Program-made: the position numbers and the translations under genes
Part shown: positions 52,139 through 64,000 of the stretch, one piece after another
How the letters are laid out: every line of letters begins with the position of its first letter
Numbering within the stretch: the first letter of the stretch is position 1
Assembly (NCBI GenBank): GCA_050084985.1
Contig: JBITNC010000001.1
Span: 96,410,001-96,474,000 of the forward strand
Reading direction: 5' to 3'
DNA from: Nageia nagi
Lineage: Eukaryota > Plantae > Pinophyta
DNA length: 64,000 nt
The notes under the pieces: model-generated
Told to the model about the DNA's origin: nothing
Database searches by the model: none
What the model saw: the letters and a program-made list of their open reading frames with translations, nothing else

Positions 52139-52763
52139 TATAAATGCTTAAAAATGAATTTCCATGTATTAAATAATTCATTTTATAGAATCAATAGTAT
52201 ATTTATTATAAAAGGTGTTAAAATATACCCAAGGAAATGTAATTAATATAAAAGGACCATCAAATGATGTAAGTGGTGTCAAATATCAAGGAAGGCACCA
52301 TAAGTTATGTAATATGTGATGATCCAAGAAAAAGAGAGGATCAAGGCATCGTAATAAAAGAATATCAAAGGCAAACCATTCATTATTGGATAATGAGATA
52401 TCATATAAGTTGACACATGCAAATCATATAATCCAAACATCAATGATTTTTTGTAACACCACCTATTTGAGGATCTATTATATTCCCTTCATTACATCTC
52501 ACATACTTTAATTTTTGCATTTGGTTCTACTTGTTTTAAGATGATAATGATGTGCCTTCAGTAAGACACTGGAATCATGGTTTTTGTATCTAGATGAGTG
52601 GATATTGATTTATGATTTCATTTTGGTGCATGAACTTAGATTTGATGAAGGTATATTATTATTCATTTATGTAAATTGATATATTCATGATATATGCATC
52701 AATATTATATTATAGAGAGATAATGCTTCATTTATTACTCCTTGCTTTATTTCTTTATGTACA
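52139..52763 (+). repeat. 3' LTR of the Tat element
   Basis: TATAAATG (decayed TGTAGATG)...TATGTACA, following the PPT. Confidence 0.9.
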
Positions 52764-53362
52764 AATGATATGAACTTTATTTCTTTTAGAGCTTGCTACT
52801 CTAATGATTTACCTTTGTACCAAAATCCACCTTCATCAAATATAACATTATGATTGATTAAAACTTTTGTAGTAAATGAATTATATAAATTATATCATTT
52901 AGTCTCTTCACTATATCCAACAAAGATACATTTCTCACTTTTTTTTTAATCAATTTTCCACATCTTCTCCTTTAGAACATGTGTATATTCAATGGACCAA
53001 AAAAAATGAGATGATAACATTATGTCTTCTTCTATTCCAAGCTTCATATGGAGTTATATTTTTGATACTCTTCGTATAACTTTTTTTCAATAAATAAACA
53101 ATGATAAAAATAACTTCTGATAAAAATTCATTTGACATATTTTTAGATGTCATCATGCTTTATGAAAACTCCATTATAGTTCTATTTTTGCATTTAGCTA
53201 TACCATTTTTTTGAGGTGTATAGTGTGGTATTAGTTACCTATTAATACCATTTTGTTTTAAATTTATTTCTAAATTCACCAGAGGTAAATTCACCCCCTT
53301 TATCTAAATGCAAAAACTTCACATAGAAAACACTTTTTTTTCTATAACAACTCTAATGTTCT
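52764..53362 (-). pseudogene. Outer Copia integrase core/C-terminus (continuation of 35375-37417)
   Basis: Minus-strand LDKGGEFTSGEF, YTPQKNGIAK and SEKCIFVGYSEETK*Y...NVIFDE. Confidence 0.88.
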
Positions 53363-56300
53363 TGATGTGTAATTACTCTATGATTATAGATTTTAAGAGC
53401 TCTTCCACTTATAGATTATAAAATAATGTTATGGGAATATAGAGTTCTATGTCAACTTATGTATTATCATGCATTTATTAACCACTCTACTATAATTAAA
53501 ATAGGAATTAAAATCAACACACACATATTAAGTAATTGATAAATATTTATAGGGGTTTCTCTTAGTTTGAGAGTACATCCCCTTTCAATCATAAGCCTCT
53601 AAATTCTATTAATTCCAATGAGTGAATGTTTACAATTTAAGAATATATCATAATAGTATCCACAACACAATATCTCCATCTATTATTTGCAAACACAACA
53701 ATAAACCCTCAACAGAAAAAGTCTCCTTTAACTCCTTCAAAATGCATTACATCCTTGGTGGTTGGTGCTCAAGTTACCTCAACCATCACAAAGAAACTAT
53801 CAGGTCTAGTCTCCCAAGGATCAGGTAATTTTATGGGTCCAAAATGGCTTTTGATATACATAGGCTTTTTGATATGATATATGCATAGGATTTCCATGCG
53901 AGTATGTCAAGTCAAAAAATGAATGTCATATGGGATCAAACTATGTTAGATAAGCCCAAAATATGTCAAATATGTTATGTCAACCCTAGATATAGTTATT
54001 TCAGTACTAAATGGAGAATGTCAACCCAAATTTGAGAATGCAAGTAAGAGTGGATAATGTTGGGTGAGAGTGAAGAATGTCAAGTAAGATTTAGGAATGT
54101 TGGAAAAAGTATTAGGAAGGTTAGTTAAGTGCCAAAACCCTCCAAATTAAACCAAATTCATTATTTCTAAGGGATCAAGCTTAGAGATGATGTCCTCTAG
54201 TTAAAATGACCATTTAAACATGATCCAAAAATCATAGCTCCCCAAAGGGAAGGCAATTTAGTCCCACAAATGCTTAGTTTGGGATAAGGTTAGGAAACAA
54301 TTCCTTAACCTTGGATTTATTATACCATTTTGCCTTAGAACTTGGGTAGTTTTCCTTTCAACCCTACTAACCAAATATCTTATTATCCCCTTCTTGTATG
54401 AAAAACCTTTTTCTATAGTACAAATTCTTCCTTTAACTCATCCATGGTGCTTGGTGCAAGGTATTAAATGGATGGAAGCACTTATCCTAACTCAAAATCA
54501 TCTTCAATCATCATGTAAGGCTCAAATAATTTCAAGTTGTCAACATTGACAATGAGTAAATATGCATGTAGGTAGGTAATTCAAGTTTGAAGGTATTCTT
54601 ACATACTTGTTCAATAGTCATAAAGGCCCATTATTTAAGGGTTTTAGCTTCTTAGTAGGTCCTTCTTTCTTGTCTTTACTGAGATACAACCATACCTGAT
54701 CACTAACTTGAAACTTGTGATCAACATGATGCTTGTCATATCTTAACTTGTATTTAGTTTTACTAGCTTTTAGTTATTCTTTAACCTTGAGATGGACCAA
54801 CCTAATCTTGTCTATGAAATTCTCAACTTGTTGTTCCTCCTTAATGATTACATTAGGATCACTTTGCTTCATAAAAATATAATAAAATGGTGATGGTGGA
54901 AGATATCTAAAATATGTTTCAAAAGGTGTCTTTCTAGTGGAAGTGTGCACTTATCTATTGTATGAGTTTTGAATATACATAAGGTATTCATACCATGAAT
55001 TTAGATGTTTAGCACAATACCCATAAGTAATTGAACTACTATTTTATTCACCACTTCTATTTGGCCATATTCCAGGATGAGCAATAATATTTCTCTTCAA
55101 TTTGGTTTCCATATTTTCCCATAAGGTAGTGCAAAACTATCCTAAGAACTTACTATGTTGCTATCAGATATAATAGAACTTAGCAACCTAAAATTAACCC
55201 ACATGTGAGATAAGAACAAATTTGAAACATCCTATCTAGTTATAGTGTTTTTACATGGTATCAACATACACATCTTGGTGAACCTATAAATAAAAATAAA
55301 TAAATAATGATGTACCCCTTTTTTCATAGGTAAACCACCCACAAAGTCCATTGATATACTCTCCTAAGGTTGGTTTGGAATAGGAAATGTTTGATACAGT
55401 CATAATTTTTAGATTCTAGGCTTGCTCAGATAACATAACACACAACCTATTATTTACTTACTAGCTTGTTCTTATATTTTGGGTCAATATACATTCCTCT
55501 GTAAGTTTTTCAAAGTCTTACCAACAACAAAATATCTAATAAATATGAGATGAATGTGCCACCCTTATCAGTTGTACTCTTTCTCCTTAAGGAACATGTA
55601 AGGTATTAAACTTGTGCAATAACCAATCCTTCACATTGTAGTCTAAATTTTCATCATATCTAGGTCATGCAAGTATTACTCTTTATACAAATATTTAATA
55701 AAAGGATAGAGTTTTAGGATAGTACTCGACCTAAAATAGTGGTGTGTATTGGTGTCTTGATAACATATCAAGTAGCTTATTTGTATTTCCATTTTTATAC
55801 CAAATTATGAGATGATGATTTTGTAATAAGCCCATCCACTTGAAATTTATAGCTTGTTGCAACTTTTATTGGGTCTGTAGGCATTGTAATGGTTGATTGT
55901 TAGTGTGCACAATGGTATCTCTTCCCACTAAGTAATGTTTCCATTTTTTAATAGCTTGTATAAGAGCAAATAATTCTTTGTAATATACTAGGTAGTTTAA
56001 AAAAGCTCCACTAAGTTTTTCTAAATAATTCTTTATTAAATATTTCTTACTAGTTTCCTTCCTTGCATAAGCACTGCTCAATTGCTTACCCACTTATGTT
56101 AGTTTTCTATTTCAAAATGTTGTTGTAAATTAGGTAATGCTAAGATTGGGACATTGATAAGATTCTCCTTTAAAGTGTCAAATGCAACTTCTTTCTGGTT
56201 ATGTCATTCAATGTAGAGGCAATAGATGAAAAATCAATAATGAACTTCTTGAGGTATTGAAATTCTCCAAAAAAAATTCTTATTTCTATACATTAATAGG

Positions 56301-58338
56301 TCTAGGCTAATCAATAATAACCTTCACTTTATTAGGGTCAATTCTCAACTATCCATCACTAATAATGTGTCCTTGATACAACAAAATGTTTCTTGCTAAA
56401 CTCACACTTACCCATTTTCAACATCAATCTATTTTCTTTAAGAGTTAGCAACATTTGTTTGAGGTGTACTACATGGTATTCCCAAGTTTGACTATACACA
56501 AGTATATCATTCAAGTAAATAACTATAAAAAATCAAGAAAATGTCTAAGAACTTCATTCATTATCCTCATGAAGGTTTCTTATGCATCTCATAGCCAAAA
56601 AGGTAGTAAAAGCATTCAAATAATCCCTTCTTATGGAATGTAGTATTTTAGATGTTTCATCTTTTATTCTAATTGGTGATAACTACTCCTTATTTACAAC
56701 TTGGAGAAAAATTTACCCTTTTGTAATTTATCTATATTATCATCAATCATTGCAATATGTAATGGTTCTTGATGGTAGTATTTTTAATGCTTGGTAGTTA
56801 AGACACATCCTTCATGATCTATCCTTATTTTGCATAAGAATAATAGGTGAACAGAGGGTGATGTGCTAGGTCTAATCACTCCTTGATTAAGTAAATCCCA
56901 AATTTGCTTCTTTACCTCCTCCTTTTCAATAACAAATTTGCTATACAATCCAATGTTGGGAAGAGTTGCATTAGGAATTAATTGGATTTCATGTTGGATG
57001 GCTCTTTTGGGTGATAGTCCTTTTGGCTCCTTGAATGATTCATAATATATTCAATAGGATTTAAATTATCTTATCATTATCTCCAATGTTGACATTGTTC
57101 CCAAAATCGAGGTTAACCTTCTAGGGTCTACAATCTCCTTTGGTTGGATCATAACAAGCATGAATCTCTTACTAGAACTAATGAGTCTCTTAGCCTGATA
57201 AACAGTCACCAATTCCATCTTCTATCTACTTTTATGAGAATTGATATCATAAGATACTCCATTCTTAACCAATATATATTGGTTCAATTTTCTAAAATAA
57301 ATAGCATTTTGATCTTTTAAATATAGATGACCAAAAATAATACCACACAAATATCAAGAGGAACTACATCTACTACCACCTCATCAATGTAATTCTTACT
57401 AATGAAAAGAATCAACTTACACTATCTAGTGACTTGGATCCTTGTTGCATTGTTTACCCATTAAAGGATATGGATGGGGGTTGATTGTATGTTTTCAACC
57501 TTAACTTGTTAAGGAAGCTTTCAAGCAATAAAATTGGCTTAAGATCTAGGATAAAATATAGAATCTATTCTAATTTTACTTGAATTTTGAGATGAAATAA
57601 CTAAATCTTATATTCTTGTTCATTTGCACAAGTTGTTCTTTGTACGGTTGCATAAGAGATTTCATTATCAAAATTAAAACTATTGTTAACAACTTCACCT
57701 TTTATTACCATATTATTATTCTTACCATCCTTCTTCTTATTATTCCTAGTTGCCAGTGCCTACTCCTTCATTTCATGGTGAAGTTCGCAATAATCATCAA
57801 TAAAAAGTACATTATTATCATAATGAGAATAAATTTACCATTTTTAGTGGTAGTTGTAGCTCTCTTTCCTTTTATTTTACTTTACCCTTGTGTTGGGATT
57901 TATCATTTTCTTATTGACCTTTTTGACTAGCATTTTTTTAGTTCTCAAATTGTCTCTCTTTCTCATCATCTTCTAGATATTGTGCTTGCAAACACAGTTT
58001 ATCAAGGTGAGAGGGATCAAATAAAAATGATCAATTTTTATAAATGAGAATTTAAACCTTAATATACTTCATCTACACACTAGGATATTTAAGCAAAATT
58101 CCAAAAATAATAGCTTGCTTTCAAAAATTGATGGTGTATTCTTGGATGATTGACCTCTCTGCTACATAAGGAATTTTCATTTTATTATTTTTTCTTGTCA
58201 TTTCCCAAGGGATAAAAATACTCTCTCAATAACTCTTGAATTCTCCCATGAATAAATAGGTGGAAGGAGTTCATTCTTTAATGACTCACTATGGGCTTCC
58301 CACCACATCAAAGTATGACTACTCAACTTCAACCTAAG
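53363..58338 (-). mobile_element. CRM-like chromoviral Ty3/Gypsy, 5'-truncated within gag; probable 3' LTR at 53363-54234
   Basis: LTR termini TGAT...ATCA; G-rich PPT at ~54237-54244. Minus-strand motifs: RLKLSSHTLMWWE (gag), IQHEIQLIPNATLPN, YLNDILVYS (RT), ELFALIQAIKKWKHYL (RH) and GPTKKLKPL...FKLELP...NVDNLKLFEP (INT). Confidence 0.85.
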
Positions 58339-58496
58339 GTTCATTGAAGAGCCCATTTTCAAATTCTTTGGAAATTTTTTGATGAATTGAATTCATATTC
58401 AAGGTGAATTTAAGTAAATTTGTAAAAATTACAAAGGTTAATTTAAAACCCCCCAAAAAAATAGATTTTTTTTTTTGTGAATTGGAAGACTATCTT

Positions 58497-58610
58497 CATG
58501 GTGGAATCATGCCTTTGAATAGTGGCACCATGCCATTGCATGAAGTTATGATACCTTCACATGATAATATGATGACTCTACATGATGTATGATGCCTTTA
58601 CATGGTGTAT
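58497..58610 (+). repeat. 21-bp tandem array, about 5 units (consensus ~CATGGTGGCATCATGCCTTTG)
   Basis: 7-aa periodicity HGGIMPL/NSGTMPL/HEVMIPS/HDNMMTL in ORF 58404..58592. Confidence 0.85.
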
Positions 58611-59850
58611 TCATCATACCAGGATCGATTCCTTGATGCAAAATTCCTTATGAAATAATATTTATTTGTGCAATTAATAACAACCAATATTCATATGCCA
58701 TGTGGTCTCCTTTTCCTATAAAAAGGATTGAGATGACTCATTTGGACTATTTCTGAAATGGTTAAAATATCGTAGCTATCATTTCCTATCTCTTTGACCA
58801 AATCCCTTTTGACTTCACTATTTAATGAAATTCCTTCTGACCATCACTTTCACCAAAAATATGTAGTGATATTACAAACTCTATTCCTTCATCTTCCACT
58901 AATCAATGTTGATTTTCTTATATAAATTTAGAATGCCCCAATATTTTATCATTTTTTATATTAATTTGTACTTAAATTGGGTTGACTGTATTGGGATTTG
59001 AGGCCTTATTTTCATACCTCAACTCAAAATAGATTCAATTTTTTAAACTTTCTTATATCTTGTTATGATAGCAAAAAAGGAAGGTTCAATGTGTTATTAT
59101 AGTCAAGGAGCTTTTTATTTGGTATTTCTCATTTAGATTTTGGTCGATTGACGGGTTTACCACATCATGGTGATGAAAAACTAAAATTTACAACAAAGGC
59201 CCTCCTGTCTATAAAAGAAAAACTCTATCTAGAGTTAAATTACTAGATTCATGTTGACACAAGTGGTAAATTTCTTATAATGGTAAATTTTCTTATAAAA
59301 TTATCTTTGATTAACTTTATAAAATTACTTTATGTAAATTTATTTCTTATATTTATAACAATGTTTTAAAAAATGTTTACATTCATATTTTATCAGAATA
59401 TAAAAATCAAAGATGAATTATTTACCATAATTTTCAAAATGATTATCTAAAAGCAACATGTGAATTTTTCCAAGCCAGAATTGTGTTACAAGGAAGACCA
59501 TCAAATATTCTAGTTTAGTCTATAGTTTACATCCTTTATTTGTTGAGTAGTAAAAAATGTAGCTGGTGTTCATTTATTTCAAAGAGGATTCAACATGTTA
59601 TGAATTATGCCATTCAAAATGATAATAATTATATTACATCCATGAATTTTATTTTGGCTTTTTATTACAAATCCTTCTATGATTTAGTGAATACAACTCT
59701 AATTCTAATAACATTGCATTCATAGATGAGTCCAATTTCATTACCAACTACAAGTATTTAGGTTTTTGTATCTACAAATCATAAATATTTTGATACATTT
59801 TTATTTTGAATAATTCTCTTACAAATATTAACAAAATTATATTTTTTTAG

Positions 59851-61660
59851 CATCAAATAGAATAAACTTCTTAAAAAAGAGGAAACACTTAAAGGAGCCA
59901 GTCTTGAAGGCAGTGTGATCTGAGTTAGCAGATAATGGTCCATTGCTATTAAGAAGAGACAATCCTAAAAATATAAGGAGTATAATAGCTCCTACAGTCA
60001 TTGAAAGTTCAATATTTATATAGGTATATATGATTATAGTTGATATATTTTGGTATTAAATTTTATCAATAAAATTCAATTTTTTAGTATATTATTATGG
60101 ATTTAGAACAAGCTAATGTTGGTATTCCCATAGGAAGCCACCTAGAAAGGACTTCAATTCATGAGATTAAAGATCAAGAAGTCCAATGTCTTGAAGCTCC
60201 AACATAATAATAAGGTAAAGAGTATATAGAGATTACGATCAATTTTTTATATCTTCATACCATCACATGGAGTTTTGATTATAATTGGAACAATGGTAGA
60301 TCAACCAACGCAACCTCCCACTTCTAGTACTCAATAGATGCAACCTCCAAATTCCAATCATTAAATGATGCAACCTAGAACTTCTACTCCTACTTCAAGT
60401 AGTAGTTGTTTGAAAACTTCATTTTGTTCAATTCATTCTCCATTAGTAACTTGTTCATAATATGTCAAAATTTTTGTTACAGATTGCAGTTATCAAAAGA
60501 TAAATTCATCCATGTTTCCACTACCTCCTCCACATCCAGTATAAATAATAAGAGTGGGAAAATACCTCAGTTTATAGGATCAACCATCTTGAAGTTGCAA
60601 AGATGTAGGAACCATTAACATAAAAAGAATCTCTACTTTTCCTAATCTCGATTTAGATGATGTATAAAGCTTAGGCATTTATGGTTTGAGAAACATTGAG
60701 ATGAAAAATGATTATTTAGGAATTGATAGTGGTTCTAATCCAATATTAAGAACCCATGATATTATTAAGAGTTAAGTTAATCTTTTACAACCTCCTCCAC
60801 AGTCAAGTTCACCACCACATCCACAAGATGTGGAAGACTCTATTGATAAAATAGATAATGAAATCACATACTTTCCTTTGAATGCACTTATTCTAGATGA
60901 TACTTTGTCATGTATGAATGATGTTATAATAGATAATATCAATACTTTGAAAATGTGGGAAGTGCATGTCAAAGCATTGATCAAGAAAATCAATACCCAT
61001 TTTCACAATCATTCTTAATGGGATTCTTTATTTAATTGGTTGAACCAATGAAAATAGAACTTTTAAGGGATCAAACATAAGCAGGTTTAATCAATGTACA
61101 AAATCCATATAATGATGATGTAATGACCATTATATGTAATTGTTTGGAAAATATAAATACAAAAGCTCAAGCTTATTACGATCTTTGGTGGAGAGCCAAA
61201 ATAATTGGTAGCAATTACAAATGCATAAAAATAAGAAGACGAGGTAACATAATAAGAAACAATTTGTATTTATGTTTATTTTTTTTTTAATTTCTTGAGT
61301 TTTAATATAGATATTTTTATATGACTACAGGCAAGGTATGAAAAAATCACAAAAGATATTCAAGTGTTTAAGATTCATTTGAGACAAACAAATAAAAGTA
61401 TGACTTCCTCCATTCAAATGAATGAAGAAATGAATAAGTTAAGAGGATGAATAATGCTTATAGGATGATAATCAAAGAGAAAGCACTTGATCAATAAATC
61501 TTATAGAAAGAGAAAATAGATGCTAATCCTAGTTTGCTTTCAATAGACAATGCATCTGTTTCATAACAAGCAATACTTTTCAATCTTCTTGAAGTAGCCA
61601 ATGTTGTTGGTATTTCACTAGATGACGTGGAGGGAGGGACATATTCAAAGGTTCTATTTA
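59851..61660 (+). pseudogene. Multi-exon gene relic of unknown family
   Basis: Candidate AG/GT-bounded exons at 59851-60023, 60107-60214, 60483-61243 and 61331-~61660, separated by T-rich intron-like stretches. Includes ORF 60830..61018. Stops are present. Confidence 0.45.
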
Positions 61661-62304
61661 ATTTAATTTCTTATGAGTAATCTTGGAAAAAAATGAATAT
61701 TATGTTGGAAAATATTGAATGTTATCTACTTAACATTTTTTTAGACAAAATTGGTTTTGGATACTTTATATTATTTTAGACTAAATTTATCTTGGATACT
61801 TTTAAATTATTATGTTATGTTATTTTGGATAAATTAATTGTTATGTTGGACTAAATTGAATATTTTATCATTTTCAATGTTGAACTAAATTGAATGTTAT
61901 GCTGAACTAAATTGAATGTTATGTACATTTTTTTCAGTGTCTCATAATATTGAATGTTGCACTATAGTTGATTTCAATTTAGTTTTTTCAATATTACCTA
62001 ATATTACTTAGTATAAATTTGAAATTGTAGTGAATGTATTAATATCTATCATTATAATTTTTCAAAAAAAAAATTCAATGGTAACATAATTGTAATATTT
62101 GATAACAAATCATTAAAAATGATCAAAGTATAACACATTGAAAAAAATTTATATAAAAGTTAAGTATTTCAGACTCAAACCCTTCAGCAACATGTTAAAA
62201 TTACCTAGGTATAAATGTTAATCAGAAAAGAACATGTAAACATCAATGCTTTAGTAATGGAATTCTCCCTTATACAGAGACAATGGTATTTTCTTTCCAC
62301 TGTG

Positions 62305-62510
62305 CGAAGGCATGCTGCTTTCGTATAGAAGTATTCTACCAACATTTAGAGATATGATGCCACCATGCAAAGGTGGAATTCCAATGTGTGGTGGTACATT
62401 GCATCCGTATGGTTCTACCTATCTTCATACGGTGGCACTCGATCTCCGTATGGTAGGAGGGGTTACTTCTCTTTGCACAAAGGCAGGTTACCTCCGTACG
62501 GTAGGAGAGA
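62305..62510 (-). repeat. Inverted copies of the 21-bp unit plus CTCCGTA(T/C)GGTAGGAG repeats
   Basis: TGATGCCACCATGCAAAGG (62355-62373) is the reverse complement of the left-array consensus. CTCCGTA(T/C)GGTAGGAG occurs at ~62444 and ~62492. Confidence 0.7.
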
Positions 62511-62985
62511 TCCATTTTCATGTTGGCCGAGATTCTCTGTGCAAAAATAAAATTAGAATGAGAATAAGATCTTAACGAACACTCACAAACTATCCTCAAA
62601 TCCTCTGGAATGTTAGTGGTGATATGCTCGCTTGAATCATTTATCTTCTAGAGGAAGTCTTCCAATAGATGTTTTGAAGTACTATGCTCTAAATCGAATT
62701 TGAAATAGTATTTACGGTGGAAAATTCTTATAAATAAGAATACATGACGTTTCATATTATTGGTGAAGTCGATCATGTGATGTAAAAATTTAAAAAAATA
62801 AATTTAAAATATGAAATTAGGTTGGTTAGTAGGTTCAAAAATTTAAAAAAAATTAGAATTTTTTGATGATGTGGGTTTTTTGCAACTCCTAAAAATTGCC
62901 ATTTCTAAACTTGAGGATCATCAAAATTTGCAGTTTATATAAGATAAATGAAAGTTCTTATTCCAACAATAAACTTCATTATGCC

Positions 62986-63796
62986 CATGTTCTTTTTACA
63001 ATAATTGCAACATAAATTATTAAATTTTTATTACCTTAATCATATGAGGTATACCTTCCTCTACAATGTCCTTTTCATGGTACCTTTCTAGGGCTTGTGA
63101 ACCCTCCTTGTCTTTTTTTTTATTAGATGAAGATTTGTCTTGAATGTGTTGGTGTTTTTCTTTATTTTTATCATCTTGAAAATTGATTTTTGTTTGAAGA
63201 GCTTGCTCAAAAAATGTTTTAGTAGTTCTACTAATTCTTTACTCATGAATATGAAGAGATCCCATGAGTTCATCAACAGAATATGTGGCTAAGTTTTTTA
63301 TTTCTTCAATAGCAATGACCATTAGATCATATTTTATAAGAAAATTGCATAAGTTTTGACAACTGCTCACCATGAGTTCTTATTTGATTTATAAGGCTCA
63401 TGGCTCTTGTGAAATTTTTTGTGAACTCTTATATTCTTTCATAAATAAATTCTCAAAATCTCTTCTAAACATTTGTAATTTAACAACTTTCATTTTATCA
63501 ATACCTTAAAAAGCTTATTGCAAAATATTCCATAACTCCTTTGCTTTGGTAGCTGCTGCTATCCTTGAAAAAATTGTATGAGACATTGCTTGTTGAATTA
63601 AAAACAATACACTATTGTTTTTTGTTTTTAATTTTCTTTCAATAATTCTTTGTCTAATTAAGACAATGCTCCTAATATAATGCAACTTGATTAGCAAGCT
63701 TCTTCATTTTTATGGTCCAGAAATCATAATTCTCCCCTTAAGCAAAGGTATTTGTGGCCGTGTCACATTGACACCACTATTGTTGTTGCTGACCAT
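62986..63796 (-). pseudogene. Ty1/Copia gag relic from start codon to zinc knuckle
   Basis: ATG at 63796 gives MVSNNN...PQIPLLKG/NYDFWTIKMK, then LFLIQQAMSHTIFSRIAAATKAKELWNILQ (63515..63697) and CNYCKK at ~62993-63010. Confidence 0.88.
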
Positions 63797-64000
63797 GTTA
63801 TCTGACCTTCAATTCGTCAAACAATACCCGGTTCTTCTTTATGTTAAATAATTCATTTGATTATTTGAAAAATAATATCATTAATTAATTTTACATAACA
63901 AAAAAAATTACACAAGAAATAATTACTTTTACATTAATGTTCCGTTCTTTTTATATATGTGGATTGCCATTCTGATCTCACAAATTAAACAAAAAGGATG

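Larger units (their letters stand above)
37418..52763 (+). mobile_element. Full-length degenerate Tat-lineage Ty3/Gypsy (gag-PR-G-patch-RT-RH-aRH-INT), inserted in the outer Copia and itself interrupted by a Copia
   Basis: LTRs at 37418-37969 and 52139-52763; TSD GATGA/AATGA; PBS-like TGGTGAACC; PPT AAAGAGGGAAAAA. Domains are in Gypsy order. Confidence 0.92.
58339..62985. mobile_element. Putative DNA transposon-like insertion with inverted subterminal repeat arrays and an internal spliced gene relic
   Basis: Abrupt loss of Gypsy gag at 58338 and of Copia gag at ~62986; a 21-bp array on the left with inverted copies on the right; exon-intron-like interior. No TSD was found. Confidence 0.5.

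Noticed and set aside
53355-62995. ATGTTCT at both 53356 and ~62987 as a TSD of the CRM-like element
   Set aside because: No 5' LTR lies next to 62987 and the two sites are in different Copia domains, so this is likely chance.
48-63697. Short ORF-track entries as independent host genes
   Set aside because: All are 146 aa or shorter. They are transposon or PPR fragments, antisense shadows, or AT-rich chance ORFs (e.g. 11112..11450, 57616..57930, 62312..62599).
63965-63982. PBS for the terminal Copia gag
   Set aside because: TTCTGATCTCA only loosely matches CTCTGATACCA and the LTR would lie outside the window.

Overview
This is very AT-rich, strongly CpG/CHG-depleted plant heterochromatin, probably from a gymnosperm (inferred from LTR termini, element types and PPR wording). 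No intact host gene, RNA gene or CRISPR array is visible. The window is a stack of decayed, nested transposons. From left to right: the 3' end of a + strand Tat/Ogre-like element; a Copia-family solo LTR; a - strand Gypsy gag-protease element; an Athila-like pol relic; a Copia gag scrap; a ~4.7 kb mosaic of PLS-class PPR gene fragments ending in an in-frame 111-bp tandem array of the S2/E1 junction; an L1-type LINE split by a 5.2 kb pol-less LTR element (TSD ACATC); a three-level nest (Copia containing a Tat Gypsy containing a gag-less Copia, TSD AAAAT); a 5'-truncated CRM-like Gypsy; a ~4.6 kb element with inverted 21-bp subterminal arrays and an unrecognised spliced gene; and a Copia gag start. 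The most unusual items are the PPR-derived repeat system and the inverted-repeat element. Coordinates were read by eye. LTR/TSD ends are base-level estimates and domain limits are approximate.
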